A stretch of DNA of 33,034 bases from IMG/VR virus record IMGVR_UViG_3300012232_000034, positions 1 through 33,034 of that record, one strand, 5' to 3'. This DNA comes from a virus (lineage: Duplodnaviria > Caudoviricetes). Position 1 is the first letter of the stretch. Every line of letters begins with the position of its first letter. Position numbers and translations under genes: made by a program. This document shows, one piece after another, positions 18,198 to 26,082 of this stretch. The notes beneath the pieces are model-generated. The model saw only the letters and a list, made by a program, of their open reading frames with translations, searched no databases and was not told the origin of the DNA.

Positions 18198-18532
18198 TAT
18201 TCTCCTTTACCCGTTGAGTTTTCCAGGTCACGCAGTAGGCGTTCCGCTGCGGACTTCATGTAGTCGCTTGCCTTCGGCCTTACCCGCGGCTCATACCGGA
18301 TTCTGTTCGTCACCTCGATGATGTTATGGGCAAATATCGTCTTCTGGTCACCGGGCACCGTCGTCTTCATCCCGTTCGGCAACACCACCTCCGCCGGGCC
18401 AAACGTAATCACCCACCCAGCCTCTAGCGCCTTGAACTCGTCACCTTTGTGGGGGCGAACCGTGTATACCAACGTGACGTCCTTCACCGTGGTGACAAAC
18501 GTCAGGTCGATCACCGGCACATAGTCGTCCAT
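18197..18532 (-). CDS. Hypothetical protein
   Basis: 111-aa ORF coupled to its neighbours (TAGATG, TAGTG). Confidence 0.75.
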   Translation of the reverse strand: MDDYVPVIDLTFVTTVKDVTLVYTVRPHKGDEFKALEAGWVITFGPAEVVLPNGMKTTVPGDQKTIFAHNIIEVTNRIRYEPRVRPKASDYMKSAAERLLRDLENSTGKGE

Positions 18533-18772
18533 CTACTTTCCGTCCAACGCGTCAAGCACCGCGCACACGTCGTTGCCTGTCGCGCCCGAGAACAGCCCGT
18601 TGCGGAAATCCACGTCTACTCGCTTCATCAATTCCCACAGCACCTCGAACCGCGGGTCCGCAAAATCCTTAGCGGTCGGCTCACGGCGTTTATCGAGCGG
18701 CACCCCAAGGGTGTTATGCGAGATGTCAGACGTAGCGCCAAATGACACATAGTGAACAGGATCGGGCAGCAT
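18533..18772 (-). CDS. Hypothetical protein
   Basis: 79-aa ORF exactly abutting the terL stop and the next start. Confidence 0.7.
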   Translation of the reverse strand: MLPDPVHYVSFGATSDISHNTLGVPLDKRREPTAKDFADPRFEVLWELMKRVDVDFRNGLFSGATGNDVCAVLDALDGK

Positions 18773-20398
18773 CTATCTCCGTTTCTTGGGTTGGTAGGGG
18801 CGGCGGGGAATGTTGGTGTTGCCCACGAAGTATTCGCTCCACCATGACGGCCGGATACTCTGCGAACTCGGCGCCGTCGTGTTTACCTGGTAACTCATGG
18901 CCTTGTAAGCGAACGCCACCACCGGGTGGTCATGGCGGTGACTTGCCATCTTGCGCGGGTCGTTCTCGTCGAATTGCATTTTCGGCAGGTATTTCAACAG
19001 GTAGGGGCAACCTACGATGCCGCGCATGATTAGGCTACGCCCATACTCCGTCTGGGGATTTGGCTTGAGGAACATCACCTTGGGAACCCCCGGTGCAATC
19101 TCCGCCTGCAACAGCCTATTGATAGCACTGGCGTAAAGCTCACGACTGTTCGTGCTCGGCTCGAAGATTAGCGCCCTAGCCTTCTCACAACACCGCTTCT
19201 CCACCGCCCCATGCACCATGCACCGCCAGTAACTCTGCATGACCTCCATGATGCTCTGCACCGCGGGGGTTTGCTTGGCGATGACTGGGTCCGCGTAAAT
19301 AGTCGACAGTGGTAGTTGATACCTTGACCCGTCAGCCCGTTGGATAATCGACGCCTCTAGAATCCCCTTAGCGATGTCGGGAGAATGCGTGTGGGTCCAC
19401 ACCCGTTCGTTGAACACCAGTATCTGCTGCCCGAGGTTCACTGACCACAGCATCACAGCCGGATCGATAAACCCGTCGTCATACCCACCCTGAATCCGCA
19501 CCCATGCGGCCTCTAGAATGTCGATGGCTTTACCATTCGAGTCCATCGTCTGCGGGAGTTCCTCAACGACGTGATACGGCTCCTTGACGTCAACATTCGC
19601 CCCTTCGACCACCCTCGTCACCGTCTTGGTGGGTTTAAGGGTAAACAGCGTCTTGGAGTCGAAGCGTTCACCATCCAGCCACGCTTTACGAATATGCTCC
19701 GGTAGCCCAACCCCTAGCTGTTTCCGATACGCAACAACGTCTAGCTTGGTGTTGTCCTTGTGGCTAATGCGTATCGCCCGCCACTCCTCGGGCCGATACT
19801 CGGGGTCTTCATCTAACTCGACGTCCTTGTCAATGAAATACTTCCACAAGTCGTCGATGCTCGGCCCCATTGGGTTGCCGTTGAATCGCTTCAGCGGCGT
19901 CAGCCCGCTTCCCGCCGGCACACGCACCGATGACGAAATCATCATCATGTGGGACCACTGGAAGGTTGGTGCCTCGTCGAAGCACACCTCCATCAACTCG
20001 ACGCCAAGGGCATTCCTCGCCTGTTCGTCGGTTTCACACTGCATGTAGAAGCCGAGCGACCCATTGGGGTATTTGGCGATGAACTTACTCGCGTTGTATT
20101 CCCCGCCCAGCGCCTCCATTTCAGCGCCAAGGTAAATCAGGTGGTTCTTGATCAGCTCGGGGAACGACGTGCGGAGGATCGCGTAGCGGTAGCCGGGGTA
20201 AATCAGCGCCCGCGCATGACAGGTGTTCCGAATCGTGACGGACTTACCCCCGCCCCGATCCCCATACAGGAACACATTCGGCTCGGGCGCCGTGATGTAG
20301 TCATACTGCTCTTGGTTGATCGGCTCGAAAAGGATTTTGCCGTCTTTGAGTTGGAGGAGGGGTGGGAACTTAGGCGTCGGGGTCATCGTCTCGGACAA
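18773..20398 (-). CDS. terL: Terminase large subunit
   Basis: Walker A GDRGGGKS, RTSFPEL, Walker B VCFDEA, NGNP coupling motif, nuclease GGYDDGFIDP and YADP; start could be ATG 20386. Confidence 0.93.
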   Translation of the reverse strand: MSETMTPTPKFPPLLQLKDGKILFEPINQEQYDYITAPEPNVFLYGDRGGGKSVTIRNTCHARALIYPGYRYAILRTSFPELIKNHLIYLGAEMEALGGEYNASKFIAKYPNGSLGFYMQCETDEQARNALGVELMEVCFDEAPTFQWSHMMMISSSVRVPAGSGLTPLKRFNGNPMGPSIDDLWKYFIDKDVELDEDPEYRPEEWRAIRISHKDNTKLDVVAYRKQLGVGLPEHIRKAWLDGERFDSKTLFTLKPTKTVTRVVEGANVDVKEPYHVVEELPQTMDSNGKAIDILEAAWVRIQGGYDDGFIDPAVMLWSVNLGQQILVFNERVWTHTHSPDIAKGILEASIIQRADGSRYQLPLSTIYADPVIAKQTPAVQSIMEVMQSYWRCMVHGAVEKRCCEKARALIFEPSTNSRELYASAINRLLQAEIAPGVPKVMFLKPNPQTEYGRSLIMRGIVGCPYLLKYLPKMQFDENDPRKMASHRHDHPVVAFAYKAMSYQVNTTAPSSQSIRPSWWSEYFVGNTNIPRRPYQPKKRR

Positions 20399-20909
20399 GC
20401 TCTCCTTCCGCCGCGGGTAGGATGCCGACCTTTACCTGCTGACCGGGGATAGGAACACCCCCAACTGCGATGCAGATGTTTACGGAGGGCCGGGTGTCGA
20501 CCTCGGCCGCCTTCTTCAACTGCCCCAGTGCGTTGTCTTCCGAACGCTCCAGCACGGTCTTGATGGCGTTTAGTTTGGTCGGCAGATGGTCGTTCTGCTC
20601 AAGCAGCCCATCCAACCCCTCCATAGCCTTGGGCACCATCGACAGCATCCGCCGTTGGGTGGCCCTTTTGACCACAGGGAGGCGCCCGCCGTGGGCAATA
20701 CACACAGTCATGCCTTTGATTGGCGGTCGGCTACACGGCCGATACGTAGGCTTACCGATTTCGTTGAGGATTAGTTCGCCGGCTTCGTCGCGGATTCGGA
20801 CTTTGCCGTTGCACAATGCCTTGGCCGGGAGTGGGGGTGCCACTGGGTCAGGGCTGTCTATACGAAGACGTTGAGCCTCGCGTCGGCGGGCTTGAGCCAA
20901 CCGGCGCAT
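20370..20909 (-). CDS. terS: Terminase small subunit (HGG-type Zn/DNA-binding motif)
   Basis: C...PCSRPPIKG.TVCIAHGG motif, KLNAIKTVLER helix, position before terL; ATG 20909 has an AGGA RBS, whereas the tracked 20969 start lacks one. Confidence 0.7.
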   Translation of the reverse strand: MRRLAQARRREAQRLRIDSPDPVAPPLPAKALCNGKVRIRDEAGELILNEIGKPTYRPCSRPPIKGMTVCIAHGGRLPVVKRATQRRMLSMVPKAMEGLDGLLEQNDHLPTKLNAIKTVLERSEDNALGQLKKAAEVDTRPSVNICIAVGGVPIPGQQVKVGILPAAEGELVRDDDPDA

Positions 20910-21231
20910 CTCTTTCCTGCGAGTGGTGCTGGGGGCGACCACCCCAGGTGCGTCCTCGTTAGAGTGCATGTGGGGAGAGGTGATCGCTGTAACGACGCGA
21001 TGTTCGGGGCAATGGGTTGGAGTCTCCGGGTAGGGAGGAAGGGTGGGCCAGCCGCGCTATGAACGCGATTAAAGGGTTCTACCCCAACGGCCCGTAGAAG
21101 GGAAGCGCCAGAGCCGCGGCAGGAGGATGCCGTCACGCCCGGTTATGTGGGGCCAGCGGTCAACCTTTGTAGGGATGACGCACGCTGTTATCGACGGATT
21201 AGGAAGGGACCGCTACTCTGGCATAACCAGT

Positions 21232-21248
21232 ATGGCACGATTCTAGCG
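21232..21248 (+). promoter_or_regulatory. Sigma54 (-24/-12) motif
   Basis: ATGGCACGATTCTAGCG: GG-N10-GC with TGGCACG. Confidence 0.55.
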
Positions 21249-21260
21249 TCGGGGCCATGT

Positions 21261-21401
21261 ATGCCCACCTTCACCGACCTCTACATCGAGCTTTGGCGGC
21301 TTAGCATGGCGGTCGTCAACGTCCTCACCGACGACCCCCCGAGCACCCTAACCGACTTCACTTCCGAGGACGATTACGGCTCGTGGACGTGCGTCGAGTA
21401 A
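21261..21401 (+). CDS. Small acidic hypothetical protein (46 aa), possibly near-leaderless
   Basis: ATG lies at about the expected +1 of the sigma54 motif; followed by an inverted repeat TATTGAC...GTCAATA. Confidence 0.4.
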   Translation: MPTFTDLYIELWRLSMAVVNVLTDDPPSTLTDFTSEDDYGSWTCVE

Positions 21402-22076
21402 TCGAAATTATATTGACAGCGATGTTGCAGCGTCAATAAGTGTCGTCGGCGTAACTACCTGCGTTTACACCTAGTTACGGCCAAACATAAATACCTCCGA
21501 AAACCACCCCCCTTATGAAAGGGGTTTTCAATAAACATCCATTCCGTGGCTGGCGGGAATCACCCCCCGCCATAGCCCTCCGATCTGAGTATCTAACGAC
21601 TAGCGCCGAGGGGGTCTCACCCCCGAGGCGCGACTCATACGACCCTCGTATGACCAAGCGCCGGTAGCGATGGTCGCCTAACGTCAAAATTCCTTAGAAA
21701 AAATTGACCTCGTCCCTGTAAGTCTACCCCGTATGACCACTTACGGGCCGCGAAGTTACCCAAAATGGGGTGAGGTATGCCTCCATCCAGGCCCGCCCAC
21801 AGGCGACGGGGTGGGGCCGACCCCGAAACCCGGGCCGGAACCGAGGGCTAGAGACCGCCGGCAAGGTGCTTGGCTGTCGCTGTAGGCGACGACCGCGAGC
21901 TAGGTGCTAGGGAGCTATGGGCTACCGCGTGAGCTTCAGCAACGGGCGTCTATGGCTTCGAGGCGTAGCTAGGGGGAGCACAGGGGGAGCATACCCAAGG
22001 GCACAAACCCCCAAGTGTAGTATTCACGGGTAGTTAGCGCCAGTCGTAAGCGCACCCATCGTGCGTTCACCCCTAC

Positions 22077-22094
22077 TGTGGTAAATTTACCACA
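22077..22094. repeat. Perfect 18-bp palindrome
   Basis: TGTGGTAAATTTACCACA; related AGGGGTTTACCC repeats at 22206-22217 and 22258-22269. Confidence 0.8.
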
Positions 22095-22298
22095 CATGAC
22101 CACAGTGTAATAAGTGCTCGGTCGGCCTGGAACCTAGAGACCCCACCACATCGAGTAATATTTACCCACCATGTAATAGTTACTCGTTGCTACCACCACG
22201 CTAGTAGGGGTTTACCCTAGTGTCACCGATTAGCCGCTAGTGTCCCCTAGAGGATACAGGGGTTTACCCGTAGGCTCGGCTGTGCGGCCAGTCGGCAC

Positions 22299-22415
22299 TG
22301 CCACAAATTGTCAGAAAGTCTGGCATTGTGACAAATGCCGGCAATCGGTTACCAGTCAACGAGTTACCGCCAAAGGGCTCGAAGCGGCCTAGACTTTGTG
22401 CCACTATTTGTCAGA
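22299..22415. promoter_or_regulatory. Repeated 17-bp operator/enhancer-like boxes
   Basis: TGCCACAAATTGTCAGA (22299-22315) and TGCCACTATTTGTCAGA (22399-22415), exactly 100 bp apart, upstream of a sigma54 motif. Confidence 0.55.
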
Positions 22416-22476
22416 CTTCGGGCGGTTACTGGGTTAACCACTGGGGCGTTTTACTTGCGTTATCAGGCGTTAGCAC

Positions 22477-22493
22477 TTGGCACGGCTATAGCA
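22477..22493 (+). promoter_or_regulatory. Sigma54 (-24/-12) promoter candidate for the early operon
   Basis: TTGGCACGGCTATAGCA, oriented toward the early gene array. Confidence 0.65.
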
Positions 22494-22760
22494 GTAGTGT
22501 CGGGCGTCTGCTCCGGTAGACACCGAGATTACAAACAGCCGAATCCCGAAGCATCATAGTAGGGGGCTCATAGACGCCACGGAACGAACCGACGGCAGTG
22601 GTTAGCACGAGCGAACCGGCAGAAACGGGTAGCGCGAAGACTGCACACTGACGATCAACGGGTTCCGAGTAGTGGCGAAAAGACAGAACGACCCTAGCGT
22701 ATTCTAGGGGTGTTTTGCGCCTGCACTGCTGAGAACAGTTCAGGACGGAGGACATAGACC

Positions 22761-23003
22761 ATGCACACCTACAAAGTAGTCGCACAGGCATTTGGCAATC
22801 TGGGCAAATGGCACACCAGCTACGGCATACCGACGTTTGTTCTCGGGCAGTGTGACGGATTTGGTCCGACAAGTGCAGATGACGCGGCCAAGATTGCCGG
22901 TCGCATCCTGACAGCGGCCAACCCCACAATGTCATTCTCAATCGGCGTATCGTCGGAAGTAGGCGAGTATGCTTCACTGACGGTCTCGGGCAACAAAGCG
23001 TAA
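22761..23003 (+). CDS. Early hypothetical protein
   Basis: GGAGG RBS, 80 aa. Confidence 0.75.
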   Translation: MHTYKVVAQAFGNLGKWHTSYGIPTFVLGQCDGFGPTSADDAAKIAGRILTAANPTMSFSIGVSSEVGEYASLTVSGNKA

Positions 23004-23044
23004 CCGCTCCCCCGCTACACCACACTTCCACAGGAGACCCCGCC

Positions 23045-23293
23045 ATGCGAGACCAGAGTAAGCCAATCCGCCCACCGATACCGGCAGACTTCGGTGAGCG
23101 TATCTCGGCCGCTAAACGCTCACAGGCCCACTACGACCAGTATGTTGCGCCGATTGTCGCGCGAGCACTGGCCGCGACTAACGGCAATAGGTGTGCAGCG
23201 TATCGTTTAGTGCTCGATTGGCGTTATGCCGACGATACGACCGATGCTGATTTTGCGTTGTTTGGGCAAGCCGCTACCGCGCTACAGTCCTAG
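23045..23293 (+). CDS. Early hypothetical protein
   Basis: TCCACAGGAG leader, 82 aa. Confidence 0.8.
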   Translation: MRDQSKPIRPPIPADFGERISAAKRSQAHYDQYVAPIVARALAATNGNRCAAYRLVLDWRYADDTTDADFALFGQAATALQS

Positions 23294-23318
23294 CTACGCT
23301 TCCACAGGAGACACGACA

Positions 23319-23585
23319 ATGGCAAAGACTACAATCGATCTCCGCGAATCGCTGTCACGCGTGTTTGGCTCCGAATGGTTTGCGCTGTCACGCGATGACA
23401 AAGACCTTATCATTCGGGATTGCACCGAGGATGGTGGAGTGTCGGACTTTGCGCAGTATCGGCGCAATATCGGCACTGGCAACCTTGATAGTTACGTGAA
23501 GTGTCAGCGGGTTCGATTCATGTCGGGCGAAACAAGTCTACGTGAACGAATCGACATGGCGAAGACGCATAACAAAGCGAAGTAA
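23319..23585 (+). CDS. Early hypothetical protein (MAKTTIDLRE...)
   Basis: TCCACAGGAG leader fixes the start at ATG 23319. Confidence 0.8.
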   Translation: MAKTTIDLRESLSRVFGSEWFALSRDDKDLIIRDCTEDGGVSDFAQYRRNIGTGNLDSYVKCQRVRFMSGETSLRERIDMAKTHNKAK

Positions 23586-23667
23586 CCGTGTAAACTTTTT
23601 GCCTAGGGCATCGGCAATCGGTGCCTTTGGTTAAGCGTTTTAGGCTTACATTCCACAGGAGACCGCC

Positions 23668-23985
23668 ATGCAAACCTATTCACGAGCCAAGCACTACGAG
23701 CGACGTGGCCGAGCTATCGTTGACCTTGCCGAGCGACGCGGCCGGTCATTTGGTGATACGTCCGATGACTGGATCAACGATGCCGAGCGCATGCAACGGT
23801 GCTCTGACGCGGCCGAAGATGGCTGTGACGGTAGCACCCATCGCGAGCGCATAGACGATATGCGCGATAACGTTCGCGAGCTTTGCAACGGCCGTGAACG
23901 TATGGAAGCATGCGCGATGGAATATCTGTCGGGGGTTGAATCCTGGCACGAGCGCAACGGGACACTTGATGAGGAGATCGGATAA
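23668..23985 (+). CDS. Early hypothetical protein
   Basis: TCCACAGGAG leader; C-terminal WHERNGTL. Confidence 0.8.
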   Translation: MQTYSRAKHYERRGRAIVDLAERRGRSFGDTSDDWINDAERMQRCSDAAEDGCDGSTHRERIDDMRDNVRELCNGRERMEACAMEYLSGVESWHERNGTLDEEIG

Positions 23986-24395
23986 TGGAATACCAATTCG
24001 ACACCGCGCTTGCGTCCGAAGTCTGGGACAGCCTCGATGAGTTCACGCAAGGCTACACCGAAGCGATGATGTGGACGTTGACCGACGATGACGGGCACAG
24101 CCTCGACTATCTCGGCCTACATGACATCGCGCCCGAAACAATTGAGAAGTGCAAGGCCGAGTGTGCAGCATTTCAAGCGGCGAATCGTGCCGACCTGGAC
24201 GAAGCTACCGATACGTATCATCGAGGCGCTGCGAGTCATGGTCACGATTTTTGGCTTACGCGCAACGGTCACGGCGCGGGGTTTTGGGATCGTGGCTACT
24301 CTGACGAATTGGGCGAAGCACTGACGAATGCTGCCCACGCATGCGGAGAGGCTTACGCGTATGTAGGCGATGATGGAAACGTATACGTAGACTGA
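23985..24395 (+). CDS. Acidic conserved phage early protein (GHDFWLTRNGHGAGFWDR motif)
   Basis: GAGGAG RBS, TAATG coupling; motif recognised as recurrent among phage hypothetical proteins. Confidence 0.85.
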   Translation: MEYQFDTALASEVWDSLDEFTQGYTEAMMWTLTDDDGHSLDYLGLHDIAPETIEKCKAECAAFQAANRADLDEATDTYHRGAASHGHDFWLTRNGHGAGFWDRGYSDELGEALTNAAHACGEAYAYVGDDGNVYVD

Positions 24396-24471
24396 ACGCT
24401 GCACATAGCCCACGGCAACCACCGTGGGTCGTGTAGAGCGTTTGTGCTCTATCCACAGGAGATAAACCACC

Positions 24472-24681
24472 ATGACGAAACGACATTTTGAAGCGTTTGC
24501 ACGTCGCATCGCGGCAGACATCGCGGCCCTTGACGATACATCGTGGGCAACCCCGAAAGACCGCGCAGCCGCCAGCTATGCGGCACACTACGCGGCGCGG
24601 ACCTTCGCAGACATCGCACAAGCGGATAACGACCGTTTCGACCGCGTGCGGTTCCTAGCCGCGTGCGGCATACAAGCGTGA
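24472..24681 (+). CDS. Early hypothetical protein (MTKRHF...DNDRFDRVRFLAAC family)
   Basis: TCCACAGGAG leader; recurrent small phage protein motif. Confidence 0.85.
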   Translation: MTKRHFEAFARRIAADIAALDDTSWATPKDRAAASYAAHYAARTFADIAQADNDRFDRVRFLAACGIQA

Positions 24682-24905
24682 CACTCTGCCACGCATGCCC
24701 ATATCCCGATACATGCCTGCATTTCGATAGGTGTGTATTTCAAAGCACTCAGGGTGAAGATGCGTCGATTCCCGATACTAATCTACGCATCCTTGAAATG
24801 TGGATACGAAATACAGACGATAAACAGCAGGGCGCTACCGCTGAGCAAGTCTCAAATTGGCGTAAAGTGCTAACCGCTGCGATACGCGGAAAGGTGCAAC
24901 CATGA
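24678..24905 (+). CDS. Hypothetical protein with Cys-rich N-terminus
   Basis: GTGA coupling at the start, ATGA coupling at the end. Confidence 0.6.
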   Translation: MTLCHACPYPDTCLHFDRCVFQSTQGEDASIPDTNLRILEMWIRNTDDKQQGATAEQVSNWRKVLTAAIRGKVQP

Positions 24906-25300
24906 CGAAACGTGAAGCAATGGAGATTACCCATACCGAGAACCGACTGCTGGAGCTTGGCATCTCGCGCCAGGATGCGGAAGCGTTGCGTCGTATCTCC
25001 ATGACACTCCGCCGTTGGTTTGAACGTGAATGCGGCACGGATAACGGCTGTATTGAACGCGACGAAACCACCAATAAGGCGTATTGGCTCAACAGCTACA
25101 CGAGCCGGCGCTACGCTATACCAGACCGCGAAACGGGCGCCCGTCGTCGCCTTGCAGTCATCATGGCGCGATACCCGACACTTACCGCCTATGTGCAGGG
25201 TGACCCGCGCGGATGCTCACTCTACATTCTGACCGCTGAGCACTTGTCCGGCGGGCATAGCGTTGACTCAATCTACAATCGCGGGATAGCTGTCGGCTAA
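24902..25300 (+). CDS. Conserved phage early protein (LRRWFERECG...YVQGDPRG..LY motif)
   Basis: AAGGTG RBS, ATGA coupling. Confidence 0.85.
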   Translation: MTKREAMEITHTENRLLELGISRQDAEALRRISMTLRRWFERECGTDNGCIERDETTNKAYWLNSYTSRRYAIPDRETGARRRLAVIMARYPTLTAYVQGDPRGCSLYILTAEHLSGGHSVDSIYNRGIAVG

Positions 25301-25443
25301 CACCCCGCGCCAACATTGCACCCGCCTAGCACTCACGGTGTCCGTGGTTACGTGAGCACACATCCCCGCTAGGGGTGGGCATAGGGGTTGGCTACGTCTG
25401 GGAGGCGTGGCTTACCCCGCATCTTTTCCTACAGGAGACAATC

Positions 25444-25602
25444 ATGTCCCAACACCAGATACGTATTCGTCTTGGGTCCGAAGTGTCCCGGCCAGTTGTC
25501 AACGACAGTATTACCGCCCGAGGTATGTTTGCGGCGCTACCCGTTGCGATCCCCCTCGCGGTGTTGTTCTGGGGCACGGTCGCCCTGCTGTTCATTTTCT
25601 AA
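25444..25602 (+). CDS. Small membrane protein
   Basis: Variant TCCTACAGGAG leader; C-terminal hydrophobic helix. Confidence 0.7.
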   Translation: MSQHQIRIRLGSEVSRPVVNDSITARGMFAALPVAIPLAVLFWGTVALLFIF

Positions 25603-25720
25603 CACCCCGCAATCCGCTCAACGCTAGATCAGCACGAGCTTTGCGCATAGGGGGCTAGGGCGCCGTTATGTGCCCTGCCCCACTTGCGGAACGCTTGACA
25701 CTATCCACAGGAGCAAAATC

Positions 25721-26005
25721 ATGATTACGACACTTGACGGTATGACTCAGGCGGTTTGGAGCAGTCTGACACCCGCAGAGCGTAACCAACTGCGAGACAA
25801 CAGCGGGTTGACATCACAACTACTCGGCTTAGAAGGCTGGCGGGTTGAGGTCGTAGACGTTGACGGCGATACGCGGCGATTCATCGTCGGCAAGTCTACC
25901 GGCTGGCGTCCGTGTCACCTTGAAGTTAAAACACGGCGGTCATACGGCGGCGACATGGCGGCAACGAAATACGAGTCAGTAAAGCGGCTGTATAAGGTCC
26001 GCTGA
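25721..26005 (+). CDS. Conserved phage early protein (GLEGWRVEV...RRFIVGKSTGWRPCHLE)
   Basis: TCCACAGGAG leader fixes the start at ATG 25721. Confidence 0.85.
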   Translation: MITTLDGMTQAVWSSLTPAERNQLRDNSGLTSQLLGLEGWRVEVVDVDGDTRRFIVGKSTGWRPCHLEVKTRRSYGGDMAATKYESVKRLYKVR

Positions 26006-26082
26006 GCCTTGCGCATAGGGCATGCCCGATGGGTGCCCCTTGCGGAACGCTTATGTTCCAGTCCACAGGAGAATTAGTCACC

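Noticed and set aside
216-20874. Many long plus-strand ORFs opposite late genes (e.g. 3028-3756, 9626-10435, 15998-16816)
   Set aside because: Antisense shadows of GC-biased coding sequence with no RBS or motifs; only the PEP-CTERM gene is supported
22648-22680. Hammerhead ribozyme core (CTGACGA ... GAAA)
   Set aside because: Stem II closing pair would be T/C, and no convincing stem I/III with an NUH site was found
21475-23046. Tracked ORFs in the control region (21475-21687, 22328-22519, 22335-22559, 22486-23046)
   Set aside because: No RBS, atypical composition, and they overlap regulatory motifs or a better-supported gene
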